Assembly: GCA_963744145.1 (NCBI GenBank)
Contig: CAVUSO010000001.1
Coordinates: forward strand, 1,312,001-1,376,000
Length of the DNA stretch: 64,000 bases
Reading direction: 5' to 3'
Source: an uncultured cyanobacterium
GTDB taxonomy: Bacteria; Cyanobacteriota; Cyanobacteriia; Cyanobacteriales; CAWUOF01
A program made the translations under genes and the position numbers. Under the pieces are notes generated by a model. That model ran no database searches. It was not told the DNA's origin and saw nothing but the letters and a program-made list of their open reading frames with translations. This document shows positions 20,660 through 31,523 of this stretch, in pieces. The first letter of the stretch is position 1. The number at the start of each line of letters is the position of its first letter.

Positions 20660-22840
20660 ATGAATCAGCTCAAAGAATATTATCTCCAGATCAGCAAACG
20701 GTTACCAATCCGTTTACTGTTGATTGTTCCTTTTGTATTAGAAATTGTGGGGACTGTGGGTCTCACTGGTTATCTTAGCATCCGTAATGGTCAAAGTGCA
20801 GTGACTAAACTTGCGATCGAACTCCGTCAAGAAATTAGCGATCGCACTAAAGAGCAAATTCTTACTTTTTTAGATAAACCATACAGCACCAGTCAGACGT
20901 TGAATATTATGGTGAGTGAAAAACTAATCGACTTAGATGATCCTGAACAGTTGCAACATATTTTATGGCGGATCTTAAAAGAGAATTCTCTCGAAAACCT
21001 GGCATTTACCACTCCCAAGGGTATTAATGTTTTCATTTCACGTATGCTCAATAACCAGATAGTTGCTAGTATTATGAAAGACCCCACTTCATTGATCCGC
21101 CAAACCTATACTCTTGATGAGTATGGAAAACCAATTAAATTGATTAATACTCATAAATTTGAACCCCTGACTCGAGCTTGGTATAAAAAGGCGATCAAAG
21201 CTCAAAAAGCAGTTTGGAATGATTTTTATATTTCTGCTTCTACTGGAATGGTTTCTATTTCTATTTCCCAACCTATTTATAATCAAAACAAAGAATTATT
21301 AGGTGTCCAAAGTAGCGATTTTCGGATCAAAGAAATTTATCAATTTTTACAAGGGATACAAACTAGTCAGACTGGACAAATTTTTATTATTGATCGTCAA
21401 GGTAATCTAGTCGCTAGTTCAGTAATTAAACAACCTTTTATCATTAAAGACCAGAAAGTTGAGCGAATTCCAGCCACCAAAATTGATAATTATCTAATTA
21501 CCTCTACCGCTCAAATACTGTGGCAAAGATTTAATCAACTTACGGATATTAATACTACTAAACAATTAGATTTTTTTGTCAAAGGCGAAAAAATATTTGT
21601 GCAAGTGTCACCAATTATAGATCACAGAGGAATCGATTGGTTAAGTGTCGTAGTTATACCTGAATCGCATTTTATGGCTGAAATTAATGCCAATACACAA
21701 ACTACTATTCTAATCTGTTTAATTGCCTTAATGGTCGCAATTATCATGGGAATCTATACATCCCAATGGTTGACTAAACCAATTTTAAATTTCAGTCAAG
21801 TATCTCTAGCGATCGCGGGTGGGAATTTAGATCAAGTCATAGAAATATCGCATATTAAGGAGTTACAAGACTTAGCATTTTCTTTCAATCTGATGGCTAA
21901 AAAACTGCGAGAATCATTTATGGAATTAGCCCAAATTAATGAACAATTAGAAGAAAAAGTAGCTACCAGAACCGCTGAACTTAAAGATACTCTTACCCAC
22001 TTAAAATCTACCCAAGCTCAACTGATTCAATCGGAAAAAATCTCCAGTTTAGGTAAATTAGTTGCGGGAATTGCCCATGAAATTAATAATCCCATCAGCT
22101 TTATTCATGGTAATATTGTGCATATTAGTGAATATCTAGACAATCTGTTAGAGTTAATCTCACTCTATCAAACTGAAATTCACCATGAGTCAGCCGCAAT
22201 TACTAATAAAATTGCCGATATGGAGTTAGAATTTATCAAAGAAGATGTAGTGAAAATACTCGCTTCGATGAAAAGTGGTACGGAAAGAATTAAAGCAATT
22301 GTCCTCTCCCTCCGTAATTTTTCCCGACTGGATGAATCCCAAATTAAAACTGTTAATATCCATGACGGGATTGACAGTGCCCTTCTGATCTTACAATATC
22401 GTCTGGAAACTCAGCCCAACTATCCCAAAATTGAAGTAATTCGTCATGATGGTAATCTACCCCCAGTCGAATGTTATCCCGGACAGCTTAATCAAGTATT
22501 GATGAATATCTTAAGTAATGCGATCGATGCTCTAGAAGAATCTTACCTCAACTCTACTCAACTTCATCCTCAAATTCAAATTCGGACTACTCTCCTTACT
22601 CCTGAGTCGATCGAAATTGCGATCGCAGATAATGGACCAGGAATTCCTGAATCTATCCAAGCTCAAATCTTTGACCCATTTTTTACGACCAAACCCGTAG
22701 GTAAAGGGACAGGAATGGGACTATCTATTAGTTATCAGATTATTGTGGAACAACATCACGGTCAACTTAAATGTCATTCCACAGAACAAGGAACCGAATT
22801 TCTGATCCAAATTCCCATCTCTCAATCCAGCATGATCTAA
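20660..22840 (+). CDS. dCache-HAMP sensor histidine kinase, tandem copy 4 (most diverged)
   Basis: 726 aa, same architecture, FEPLTRAWY Cache motif. Confidence 0.92.
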   Translation: MNQLKEYYLQISKRLPIRLLLIVPFVLEIVGTVGLTGYLSIRNGQSAVTKLAIELRQEISDRTKEQILTFLDKPYSTSQTLNIMVSEKLIDLDDPEQLQHILWRILKENSLENLAFTTPKGINVFISRMLNNQIVASIMKDPTSLIRQTYTLDEYGKPIKLINTHKFEPLTRAWYKKAIKAQKAVWNDFYISASTGMVSISISQPIYNQNKELLGVQSSDFRIKEIYQFLQGIQTSQTGQIFIIDRQGNLVASSVIKQPFIIKDQKVERIPATKIDNYLITSTAQILWQRFNQLTDINTTKQLDFFVKGEKIFVQVSPIIDHRGIDWLSVVVIPESHFMAEINANTQTTILICLIALMVAIIMGIYTSQWLTKPILNFSQVSLAIAGGNLDQVIEISHIKELQDLAFSFNLMAKKLRESFMELAQINEQLEEKVATRTAELKDTLTHLKSTQAQLIQSEKISSLGKLVAGIAHEINNPISFIHGNIVHISEYLDNLLELISLYQTEIHHESAAITNKIADMELEFIKEDVVKILASMKSGTERIKAIVLSLRNFSRLDESQIKTVNIHDGIDSALLILQYRLETQPNYPKIEVIRHDGNLPPVECYPGQLNQVLMNILSNAIDALEESYLNSTQLHPQIQIRTTLLTPESIEIAIADNGPGIPESIQAQIFDPFFTTKPVGKGTGMGLSISYQIIVEQHHGQLKCHSTEQGTEFLIQIPISQSSMI

Positions 22841-22850
22841 CCATGAAATA

Positions 22851-22899
22851 ACTATCAAAAGCGAATTTTTGCCAATCATAAATTCGCTTTTCGATAGCT
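22851..22899. terminator. hairpin between convergent genes
   Basis: CTATCAAAAGCGAATTT … AAATTCGCTTTTCGATAG inverted repeat. Confidence 0.6.
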
Positions 22900-22927
22900 A
22901 TCCCCATCTTGCCAAAAACATGGGCAG

Positions 22928-23227
22928 TTATTTTAATTCCAATTTTTCCAACAAACTAATTTTGTGGATGATGGCTGCGATCGTTACAGTTTTACTATCG
23001 ATCCGATAGATAATACGATAAGTGTAGGCAACCAGTTCCTTAATATTGTCTTGGTCAAACTCCGTTAGCGGTTTGCCCGACAAAGGAGAGTTACTCAGAT
23101 TAGCAGTCATGTCCAGGATTTTTTTCACCACCGCGGCAGCATAGTAATCCGAATCACGCGCTATATAGGTGGCGATCGCATCGACATCTTCTAAAGCTTT
23201 AGCAGACCATACTACTCGATAAGCCAT
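22928..23227 (-). CDS. RelE/ParE family type II toxin
   Basis: YRVVWSAKALEDVDAIATYIARDS … YRIIYRI. Confidence 0.85.
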   Translation of the reverse strand: MAYRVVWSAKALEDVDAIATYIARDSDYYAAAVVKKILDMTANLSNSPLSGKPLTEFDQDNIKELVAYTYRIIYRIDSKTVTIAAIIHKISLLEKLELK

Positions 23228-23400
23228 TTGCTTAAACTCTCTTCAACTTCTTTTTGGGTAATCGTTCTTTGGGTATCAGCTATCGCTAACCCTTGACGGA
23301 CTTTTTCTAAGACATACAAATGGTATTGAATATCTTCGATCGAACAATTATCTGGGAGCTGGTTTAACAAAAATTGTATTTCTTTTTTGGCATTATTCAT
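23212..23400 (-). CDS. putative cognate antitoxin
   Basis: 62 aa overlapping the toxin start; LPDNCSIEDIQYHLYVLEKVRQGL. Confidence 0.75.
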   Translation of the reverse strand: MNNAKKEIQFLLNQLPDNCSIEDIQYHLYVLEKVRQGLAIADTQRTITQKEVEESLSKWLIE

Positions 23401-23562
23401 ATTTTTTACTCATCGCTATTTGACTTGATTTTTAAGTTTTTCCATTCCCCTTTTCCCCCTAATCTAAACATATCATATTCTCCCGGATAATTTTCCCTAC
23501 TTCTCCCCAAATTCATCTAAACACCCTCTAGATTCCTTCACCCATGTTTCCCTGAAAAATCC

Positions 23563-25440
23563 TTAAACAATTGTCGGCAAAAATTTCTGATGTTTTTGCT
23601 CAATTGCCGTTAATATTTCTGTGATTGTTTGGGCTACTGATAATACTCCCACATCACCATTAGCACGAGTCCGAATACTGATGCTTTCAGTTTCTACCTC
23701 CTTCGGTCCAATCACTCCCATCACCGGAATTTTATCTTTTTCTGCATTGCGAATCAACTTACCTAAACGTTCCTTGCTTTCATCAGCTTCGGCCCGAATT
23801 CCTCGCGATCGCATTTGTTGAGCCACATCGATTGCCAACGCCCGAAATTCATCACTTACTGGTAACAATCGTACTTGTACAGGTGCTAACCATAACGGAA
23901 AATCACCAACGTACTCTTCAATCAAAATCCCAATTAACCTTTCTAACGAGCCAAACGGAGCGCGATGAATCATCACAGGACGTTTCCGAGTGCCATCTTC
24001 TGCTACATATTCTAAATCAAACCGTTCTGGTAAATTATAATCTACTTGAACCGTTCCTAACTGCCATTCTCGATCTAAAGCATCACGAAAGATAAAATCT
24101 AACTTTGGACCATAAAACGCCGCTTCTCCTGGTGCTTCAAAAGAAGCCATTCCTAGAGTTTCTACCGCACGACGGATTGCACCTTCAGCTTTTTCCCAAG
24201 CTGCTTCTGAGCCAATATACTTATCTGAAGCGGGATCACGGAAACTTAATCTCGCTTTAAAGTTTTGTAAGTGCAAACTTTTGAACACGGACAAAATTAA
24301 ATCGACCACGCTCAAAAATTCTGAGTCTAGCTGTTCTGGGGTAACAAACAGATGGGAATCATCCACCGTAAAACCCCGGACTCTAGTTAACCCTCCCAAT
24401 TCCCCTGATTGCTCATATCGATAAACCGTCCCAAATTCTGCTAAACGCATTGGTAATTCTCGATAGGAACGCAACTCGCTTTTATAGATTTGGATGTGAA
24501 ACGGACAATTCATCGGTTTCAACACGAATCCTTGTTCTGCGGCTGCGGCAACTTCATCCTCTGCCATCATGGGAAACATATCTTCTTTATATTTTTGCCA
24601 GTGACCGGAGGTTTTGAATAAATCTACTCTACCAATATGAGGTGTCACTACAGGTAAATAACCACGTTTAATTTGCTCCTGTTTGAGAAAATCTTCGAGT
24701 AGACTGCGTAATAAAGTTCCCTTCGGAGTCCATAGTGGTAATCCTGGTCCCACCACATCAGCGAAAATAAATAATCCTAATTCTTTACCGAGTTTCCGGT
24801 GATCGCGTTTGAGTGCTTCTTCTTTACGACGTTTATACTCAGCTAATTGTGCAGGTGTTTCCCAAGCAGTACCATAGATCCGTTGGAGTTGAGCTTTGGT
24901 CGCATCACCCCTCCAGTAAGCACCAGCCACACTTTCTAGTTCAATGGCTTTAGGATCAATTTCACTGGTATTGCTAACATGGGGCCCAGCACATAAATCC
25001 CACCAGCGATCGCCCAGATGATAAATGGTAATAGGCTCTTGTAGCCCTGCTAAGATTTCCAGTTTATAAGGTTCATTGATTTCCCGAATCCGTCGTTCTG
25101 CTTCCTGACGACTAACTTCTTCCCTGACTACGGGTAATTTACTATTGATAATTTTGACCATTTCTTTTTGGATAGCTTTAAGATCCTTTTCGGTAAAAGG
25201 TTCTGGTTGGTCAAAATCGTAATAAAATCCGTAATCTATCCAAGGACCGATTGTGACTTGCGCTTTCGGAAATAGCTTTTGGACCGCCATAGCCATGACA
25301 TGAGAGCTGGTATGGCGAATTTTTTTCAGGCTTTCAGATTCACCAGTCCGAAGTAATACGATTGATTCTGGCTGATCTGGGAGTGGTGAAGCGGATTGGT
25401 TAGGCATTGGCAGATTGATGGGTTGACCGAACTGGATCAA
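23563..25440 (-). CDS. thrS: threonine--tRNA ligase (true start may be downstream, e.g. ATG 25407)
   Basis: RHTSSH, DLCAGPH, KPMNCPFH, AFYGPKLD, HRAPFGSLER. Confidence 0.96.
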   Translation of the reverse strand: MIQFGQPINLPMPNQSASPLPDQPESIVLLRTGESESLKKIRHTSSHVMAMAVQKLFPKAQVTIGPWIDYGFYYDFDQPEPFTEKDLKAIQKEMVKIINSKLPVVREEVSRQEAERRIREINEPYKLEILAGLQEPITIYHLGDRWWDLCAGPHVSNTSEIDPKAIELESVAGAYWRGDATKAQLQRIYGTAWETPAQLAEYKRRKEEALKRDHRKLGKELGLFIFADVVGPGLPLWTPKGTLLRSLLEDFLKQEQIKRGYLPVVTPHIGRVDLFKTSGHWQKYKEDMFPMMAEDEVAAAAEQGFVLKPMNCPFHIQIYKSELRSYRELPMRLAEFGTVYRYEQSGELGGLTRVRGFTVDDSHLFVTPEQLDSEFLSVVDLILSVFKSLHLQNFKARLSFRDPASDKYIGSEAAWEKAEGAIRRAVETLGMASFEAPGEAAFYGPKLDFIFRDALDREWQLGTVQVDYNLPERFDLEYVAEDGTRKRPVMIHRAPFGSLERLIGILIEEYVGDFPLWLAPVQVRLLPVSDEFRALAIDVAQQMRSRGIRAEADESKERLGKLIRNAEKDKIPVMGVIGPKEVETESISIRTRANGDVGVLSVAQTITEILTAIEQKHQKFLPTIV

Positions 25441-25607
25441 TTTGAGTTTAGGATTATAATACCCTGATCGCTTCTATCCGAGCAAAAGATTAATTCTCCC
25501 GTCCCATTTCCCCCTTTGCTGATCTTCCTCCCCATCTAGATGAGTTTAATGTAAAGAAACGTAAATTAGGTTAAGATTAGATTCAGCTCCTAGTAAATGA
25601 AAAATTC

Positions 25608-25949
25608 ATGTTTAACTCCAATCTGCCGGAGTCCAATTTGCTCAAAAGCATTTTAGAGCCATTGTTAGCGGATTTTCAATCTAGTCTAGAAAAGGCGCGA
25701 TCGCTCCTCGAAACAGAAAGTATTTCTTTTTTGAGCCCTCAGGCACAATTAGATCTGACTACCCGTGTTCAGCAAGCCCAAAAAGAAGTCCAGACAGCCC
25801 AAATCCTCCTCGATGCTACTAATGGTCAAGTAGGAGTCGAAATGTCTGTCCTGATTCCTTGGCACCGATTGCTGATTGAATGTTGGCAAGTGGCCATGCG
25901 TCATCGCTTAGAAAAATCTATCCCAGAAAAGCTATCTTCATCCAGCTAG
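25608..25949 (+). CDS. DUF2605 family protein
   Basis: LLKSILEPLLADF … PWHRLLIECWQVA; usual neighbour of cyanobacterial thrS. Confidence 0.75.
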   Translation: MFNSNLPESNLLKSILEPLLADFQSSLEKARSLLETESISFLSPQAQLDLTTRVQQAQKEVQTAQILLDATNGQVGVEMSVLIPWHRLLIECWQVAMRHRLEKSIPEKLSSSS

Positions 25950-26068
25950 CGCGATTAACGAAAACATTTAGAATCAAAAAAAGCGATCGCGGTTCTTACA
26001 CCAATCTCAACCCATTTTCACCATTGACTCAATTTCTGCATTGTCCGTTGGCAAGGGAGGAACTAAAA

Positions 26069-26404
26069 ATGTTACATTTACTTTACATACTGGCCTTTAC
26101 TATTTTGGCTGTTTTAGCAGTTGGCAACTTAATTCGCAACCTAATTAATTTAAGTATTGAATCTCACCGTCCACCCCACCCTTCCCGGTGGAATAGCATC
26201 GATCAAGTCAACCGAATTCCTCATTTCCCCAGTGCTGAATCTCGACCGGTCCCACACCCTGAACTTTTTGATGCTACTGGTCGAGTCATAGATGAACCAC
26301 TGTTAATTATGCGCTCTATTACTGTTGAAGATGCTCGGGAACAACTAGATGCACTTTATGAAGCTTCTCCTAGCTCAAATAGCGAACCATCAGAAGAAGC
26401 TTAA
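26069..26404 (+). CDS. DUF2973 family membrane protein
   Basis: GGAGG RBS then MLHLLYILAFTILAVLAVGNL; HPELFD, EDAREQLDALY. Confidence 0.75.
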   Translation: MLHLLYILAFTILAVLAVGNLIRNLINLSIESHRPPHPSRWNSIDQVNRIPHFPSAESRPVPHPELFDATGRVIDEPLLIMRSITVEDAREQLDALYEASPSSNSEPSEEA

Positions 26405-26419
26405 AAAATGACCAAAATC

Positions 26420-27052
26420 TTAAGCCATATTACTTTCGATCGCCCAACGCGCTAGTTCGGTCCGATTTTTCAGGTCCGTTTTACTCAGCATATTAGAAAC
26501 ATGACTTTCGATCGTCCGCTGACTCACATTCATAATGTCTGCAATATCACGGTTAGCTAACCCACGCGCTACATACTGTACTACTTTTAATTCGGTTGGG
26601 GTTAACTCTACACCATAAGGAACTTGGATTTTTGGGCTATTTTCCGATTCTTGTGATTGACGTTGAATCAGACGAGAGGTTTGTTTGAGGGATGATTCCA
26701 CTTGAGCTACCAGCTCTTCTGGTTCAAACGGTTTCACCATATAAACATCTGCACCAATATTCAATCCTTTGACTCGATCTTGACTTTGACCCTTAGCTGA
26801 CAAAAATAATACGGGAATCCAACTGGTGCGCTGATCTTCACGGATATGTTTGACAAAAGAATAACCGTCCATTTCGGGCATCATGACATCACAAATAATC
26901 ATATCTGGCATTTCCCGCTCTAGTAGTTCCAAAGCTTCTCTACCATTTTCCGCGGTAATGACATGATAGCCCCGAAATTCTAGGTAATCTTTGACTAACA
27001 AAATTAAATTGGGATCATCATCAATCAATAGTAACCGTTTTTGTTCATTCAT
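26420..27052 (-). CDS. NarL/LuxR family response regulator
   Basis: receiver (DDD, DVMMP, KPF) plus LuxR HTH (LTPTELKV…SQRTIESHVSNML). Confidence 0.92.
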   Translation of the reverse strand: MNEQKRLLLIDDDPNLILLVKDYLEFRGYHVITAENGREALELLEREMPDMIICDVMMPEMDGYSFVKHIREDQRTSWIPVLFLSAKGQSQDRVKGLNIGADVYMVKPFEPEELVAQVESSLKQTSRLIQRQSQESENSPKIQVPYGVELTPTELKVVQYVARGLANRDIADIMNVSQRTIESHVSNMLSKTDLKNRTELARWAIESNMA

Positions 27053-27288
27053 CCTACTTTATTTCATCCTGTAATACTTTGCTATTGATCAAATCCATCT
27101 ATTTTCTCAACTATTTTTCCAATTTTATCCAGGTTTTAACGATTTACATTTAACACTTGAGGGCTTACTGCTAGTCATTGATTTGGAGAAATAGGCAACA
27201 ACCAATATCAAAATTATTATATATAATAGGATCTATTTGATCGACTCTATGATTATGATCTCTTATATTTTCAGAGAAAAATATAGGT

Positions 27289-27762
27289 TTAAATACTGAC
27301 TTCCGGAGCAAATGACAAAGGACGGATCAAAAAAGCATATTCTTGAACAACCTGATTGTCAATTAAATGTTCATTAATAATTCGTTCAATTACTGGGGGA
27401 GTTACCTGATAATACCAGACACCATCGGGATAAACTACTAAAATTGGCCCTTGAGTACAAACTCTTAAACAGTTAGCTTTAGTCCGAAATACACTGCTAG
27501 GTCGAGTTTCACTAGGTACATCCAGTTTTAATTCTTTTAAACGTTTTTTTAAATATTCCCAAGCAGCTAGGCTAGTTTCGGTGGAACAGCACTTGGGGAT
27601 ACTCGGATCAGCACAAATAAAAATGTGTCTTTGCATTCTGTCCATCCCTAAAGCTTGGACAGAAGCAGCCAAGATATTTTTTGGATGTTCCAGCTCAAAA
27701 TCTTGTTCTGGTCCAGTTATACCTGGGGGAATGTTAATTGGGCTGAAGGAATTGTCATTCAT
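27289..27762 (-). CDS. thioredoxin-like (2Fe-2S) ferredoxin
   Basis: HIFIC…KCC…CLRVCTQGPILVVYPDGVWY. Confidence 0.88.
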   Translation of the reverse strand: MNDNSFSPINIPPGITGPEQDFELEHPKNILAASVQALGMDRMQRHIFICADPSIPKCCSTETSLAAWEYLKKRLKELKLDVPSETRPSSVFRTKANCLRVCTQGPILVVYPDGVWYYQVTPPVIERIINEHLIDNQVVQEYAFLIRPLSFAPEVSI

Positions 27763-27868
27763 GGGGTTAGCGCTCCATCACTAGGTAAATAGCTAAATCA
27801 ATCAAAGCAATTAAATTCGCTCTTTGTCCTGCCCATACCTCTACTCTACGATTTTCTAGACTAAATTA

Positions 27869-27884
27869 GTTCGGGAACCCGTAC
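27869..27884 (+). promoter_or_regulatory. K-box upstream of groESL
   Basis: GTTCGG-GAAC-CCGTAC matches the cyanobacterial K-box GTTCGG-NNAN-CCNNAC. Confidence 0.85.
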
Positions 27885-27922
27885 CAGTAAGTCTGTTGCG
27901 ATCGCTTTGGCCTTAGCTTACA

Positions 27923-27949
27923 TTAGCACTCAGGAGGAGAGAGTGCTAA
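27923..27949 (+). promoter_or_regulatory. CIRCE (HrcA operator)
   Basis: perfect TTAGCACTC-N9-GAGTGCTAA. Confidence 0.97.
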
Positions 27950-28027
27950 GTGCGAGAACAACCAACTCGCTCAAAAGAGTAACTCGCTTCCCCTGTTTAG
28001 TAAATCTATAGTAATCGAGATTGTGGT

Positions 28028-28339
28028 ATGGCAGCAGTATCTCTAAGCGTTTCTACCGTTAAACCTCTGGCCGATCGCGTGTTCGTCAAAGTAAGCGCAT
28101 CGGAAGAAAAAACCCCTGGTGGTATCCTTCTTCCTGACACTGCTAAAGAAAAACCCCAAGTGGGCGAAGTTGTCCAAGTTGGCCCAGGTAAGCGTAATGA
28201 TGACGGCTCTCGTCAAGAATTAGAAGTTAAAGTTGGGGACAAAGTTCTCTACTCGAAATACGCTGGGACTGACATCAAGCTAGGTACAGATGAATATGTC
28301 TTGCTGTCAGAAAAAGACATTCTAGCTGTTGTTAACTAA
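28028..28339 (+). CDS. groES: co-chaperonin GroES
   Basis: [29 protein letters not shown]. Confidence 0.98.
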   Translation: MAAVSLSVSTVKPLADRVFVKVSASEEKTPGGILLPDTAKEKPQVGEVVQVGPGKRNDDGSRQELEVKVGDKVLYSKYAGTDIKLGTDEYVLLSEKDILAVVN

Positions 28340-28429
28340 TAATTCAACTTTAATCAGGGATTAAGGTTGAGCGATCGTCACCAAAAACACTTAAAGACAA
28401 AATTCACTTACCGACAGAGTTCCAAATAT

Positions 28430-30073
28430 ATGGCTAAACGCATCATTTACAACGAAAACGCTCGTCGCGCTCTCGAAAGAGGTATGGATATTCTCGCGGA
28501 AGCGGTGGCTGTGACCCTCGGTCCTAAAGGTCGGAATGTAGTGCTAGAAAAGAAATTCGGCGCTCCTCAGATCGTTAATGATGGGATCACCATTGCCAAA
28601 GAAATTGAACTCGAAGACCATGTAGAAAATACTGGTGTTGCTCTAATCCGTCAAGCAGCTTCAAAAACTAATGATGCTGCTGGTGATGGAACCACCACCG
28701 CGACCGTATTAGCTCATGCGATGGTAAAAGAAGGTCTGCGGAATGTAGCCGCAGGGGCTAATGCGATCGCCCTCAAACGCGGAATTGATAAAGCAACTAA
28801 TTTCCTAGTAGAAAAAATTGCCGCTCACTCCCGTCCCGTCGAAGATTCCAAAGCGATCGCCCAAGTTGGTGCAATTTCTGCTGGTAATGATGACGAAGTT
28901 GGTCAAATGATTGCCAACGCAATGGATAAGGTGGGTAAAGAAGGTGTAATTTCCCTCGAAGAAGGGAAGTCCATGACCACCGAACTGGAAATTACAGAAG
29001 GGATGCGTTTTGATAAAGGCTACATCTCTCCTTACTTCGCTACAGATATGGAGCGGATGGAAGCTATTTTTGATGAGCCTTTTATTCTCCTCACCGATAA
29101 GAAAATTACCCTAGTCCAAGACTTAGTACCTGTCCTCGAACAAGTAGCTCGAGCTGGTCGTCCTTTAGTGATTATCGCTGAAGATATTGAAAAAGAAGCT
29201 CTCGCTACCTTGGTTGTCAACCGTCTCCGGGGTGTACTCAATGTCGCTGCGGTGAAAGCTCCAGGATTTGGCGATCGTCGTAAAGCGATGTTGGAAGATA
29301 TTGCTGTCCTCACTGGTGGTCAACTGATCACCGAAGATGCAGGATTAAAGCTAGAAAATACTAAGTTAGATTCTCTAGGTAAAGCTCGTCGGATCACGAT
29401 TACCAAAGACAACACCACTATTGTGGCTGAAGGTAACGAAAAAGAAGTTAAAGCTCGTTGTGAACAAATCCGTCGTCAAATGGACGAAACTGATTCTTCC
29501 TATGACAAGGAAAAACTGCAAGAGCGTCTGGCTAAACTAGCTGGTGGAGTTGCTGTCATTAAAGTTGGCGCTGCAACCGAAACCGAAATGAAAGATCGCA
29601 AACTCCGCTTAGAAGATGCGATCAATGCTACCAAAGCCGCAGTGGAAGAAGGAATTGTTCCTGGTGGTGGTACTACTTTAGCGCACTTAGCACCAGACCT
29701 GGAAACTTGGGCTAATACCAATCTCGTTGGGGAAGAACTCACAGGTGCTCAAATTGTGGCTCGTGCTTTAGCTGCTCCTTTAAAACGGATTGCAGAAAAT
29801 GCAGGTCAAAATGGCGCTGTAATTGCCGAACGAGTTAAAGAGAAAGAATTTAATGTCGGCTATAATGCTGCTACTGGTGAGTTTGTGGATCTGTTCGCGG
29901 CTGGAATTGTTGACCCAGCTAAAGTAACTCGTTCCGCTCTCCAAAATGCCGCTTCGATCGCTGGGATGGTCTTAACCACTGAATGTATTGTGGTTGATAA
30001 ACCTGAACCCAAAGAAGGTGCTGCTGCTGGTGCTGGTGCTGGTGGTATGGGTGGTGGCGATTTTGATTACTAA
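28430..30073 (+). CDS. groEL: chaperonin GroEL (GroEL1)
   Basis: [33 protein letters not shown] tail. Confidence 0.98.
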   Translation: MAKRIIYNENARRALERGMDILAEAVAVTLGPKGRNVVLEKKFGAPQIVNDGITIAKEIELEDHVENTGVALIRQAASKTNDAAGDGTTTATVLAHAMVKEGLRNVAAGANAIALKRGIDKATNFLVEKIAAHSRPVEDSKAIAQVGAISAGNDDEVGQMIANAMDKVGKEGVISLEEGKSMTTELEITEGMRFDKGYISPYFATDMERMEAIFDEPFILLTDKKITLVQDLVPVLEQVARAGRPLVIIAEDIEKEALATLVVNRLRGVLNVAAVKAPGFGDRRKAMLEDIAVLTGGQLITEDAGLKLENTKLDSLGKARRITITKDNTTIVAEGNEKEVKARCEQIRRQMDETDSSYDKEKLQERLAKLAGGVAVIKVGAATETEMKDRKLRLEDAINATKAAVEEGIVPGGGTTLAHLAPDLETWANTNLVGEELTGAQIVARALAAPLKRIAENAGQNGAVIAERVKEKEFNVGYNAATGEFVDLFAAGIVDPAKVTRSALQNAASIAGMVLTTECIVVDKPEPKEGAAAGAGAGGMGGGDFDY

Positions 30074-30168
30074 TTTCAGCTATAATCTGGCGATCGAGAA
30101 CTAGATTTAACTAAACCAATCTAATTTCTCGAACAAGGATTTGTGATCTGATTCTGTAATTAAACATC

Positions 30169-30195
30169 ATCGGGGCAATCCGTCATTGCCCCGAT
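30169..30195 (+). terminator. hairpin downstream of groEL
   Basis: ATCGGGGCAAT-CCGTC-ATTGCCCCGAT; no clear U tract. Confidence 0.55.
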
Positions 30196-30255
30196 TAACT
30201 ATGGGAAAAAATTGATCCCAAAATTTTTCCGATCATACTGTAGGTCAAGTTAAGT

Positions 30256-30831
30256 ATGAGTGTCACAATTGCTAAACATCAATATTCTTTTGAAGAATAT
30301 CTAGCTTTTGACGATGGAACAGATCATCGCTATGAATTAGTTGATGGGAGATTAGAACTAATGAATCCACCAACTTTTAGACATTTGCTTATCGCTAAGT
30401 TACTTGAGCAAATATTTGATACAGAAATTAAACGATTAAAATTACCTTGGCTATGTTTTCGGGAAGCAGGAATTAGAACAGGATGGAGAAAGTCTAGATT
30501 ATGTGATCTTTATATTGTACCGATTGAGCAGGTGAGAGATTTTTTACATCTTTCTGCTGTGGTGGAAGTAGCACCTTTATTAGCGGTAGAGATTGTTAGT
30601 CCTGAATCTGTCAATCGAGACTATCGTTATAAGCGTTCTGAATATGCAGCTGTAGAGATTCCTGAATATTGGATTGTCGATCCGATCGCATCAAAAGTAA
30701 CAGTTTTATTATGGGAAGATGGTTGGTATGAAGCCACAGCTTTTCTAGCTAATCAAAATATTGTTTCTCCCACTTTTCCAGAATTAGTTTTAACAGTTGA
30801 GCAAATCTTAGCTGCTGGTAATATTAGTTAG
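30256..30831 (+). CDS. Uma2 family endonuclease
   Basis: RYELVDGRL, LAVEIVSP, DYRYKRSEYA, EYWIVDP. Confidence 0.9.
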   Translation: MSVTIAKHQYSFEEYLAFDDGTDHRYELVDGRLELMNPPTFRHLLIAKLLEQIFDTEIKRLKLPWLCFREAGIRTGWRKSRLCDLYIVPIEQVRDFLHLSAVVEVAPLLAVEIVSPESVNRDYRYKRSEYAAVEIPEYWIVDPIASKVTVLLWEDGWYEATAFLANQNIVSPTFPELVLTVEQILAAGNIS

Positions 30832-30861
30832 AAAACTTGGCAATTAATCATTAAAAAATCT

Positions 30862-31275
30862 ATGTTAAAATTATTCCTGCTATTATTTTCTTTGATTTCT
30901 CTGTCAGCTTCTGACTTGACTTTAGCTCAAACCGATATCCACTCTAATTTTAAACAGATTGATCTTAAAAGATTATTACCGAATCAGCCGAATTCTTTTA
31001 CTAGTCCGAAAGCCCTAGCATTACAACTTTTTGGTAATGATCAAGACCGAGAAGGTAGAAAATCTGAGGAAATTTCAATTGAATATCTAACCAGCGATAC
31101 AGCAGTAATAGTTGAAACTTTAGTCGGTTTAGCTGATGATTCTGTAGGGGGAATCCGTTACCGAATTGAATTAGAACTTCGTCAAAATAAGTGGCAAATT
31201 GTTTGGGTGGGTCAACAAACTAAATGTCAACCCGATCGGGGACATCAAGATTGGTCTGTAGAACTTTGTTCATAA
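30862..31275 (+). CDS. secreted hypothetical protein
   Basis: signal peptide; GLADDSVGGIRYR, CQPDRGHQDWSVELC. Confidence 0.75.
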   Translation: MLKLFLLLFSLISLSASDLTLAQTDIHSNFKQIDLKRLLPNQPNSFTSPKALALQLFGNDQDREGRKSEEISIEYLTSDTAVIVETLVGLADDSVGGIRYRIELELRQNKWQIVWVGQQTKCQPDRGHQDWSVELCS

Positions 31276-31300
31276 ATATTTATTTCAAATCCTAGTCCAT

Positions 31301-31427
31301 CCCCCTGGTAGTAACAAGCAACCAGGGTTTTTTTTACCAAGACCAAGGAATTTAACGCATAATCAATCAGAAAACCATCTGATTTTTTAAGTTTTATTAA
31401 AAATCTGAGCAAAATTAAGAAAATTGG
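31301..31427 (+). repeat. block A copy 1 (terminator plus deoC upstream region)
   Basis: CCCCTGGTAGTAACAAGCAACCAGGG-T-tract … GAAAATTGG, near-identical to 35834-35960 and 37920-38046. Confidence 0.9.
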
Positions 31428-31523
31428 CTAGCGGTCAATTAGATCCCAAATAGGTTCTATACTACGTGAACGCAAAACTAACAGACAGCTATAATAAAAT
31501 TGAACGAAATCAACTAAAGCAAC

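Noticed and set aside
11996..22840. Diversity-generating retroelement acting on the kinases
   Set aside because: No reverse transcriptase or template repeat; differences are not confined to adenines and span whole gene copies.
28367..28429. N-terminal extension of GroEL (likewise for psbE, ndhK, dgdA and DUF2973 in the ORF track)
   Set aside because: Upstream alternative starts; the conserved N-termini begin at downstream ATGs.
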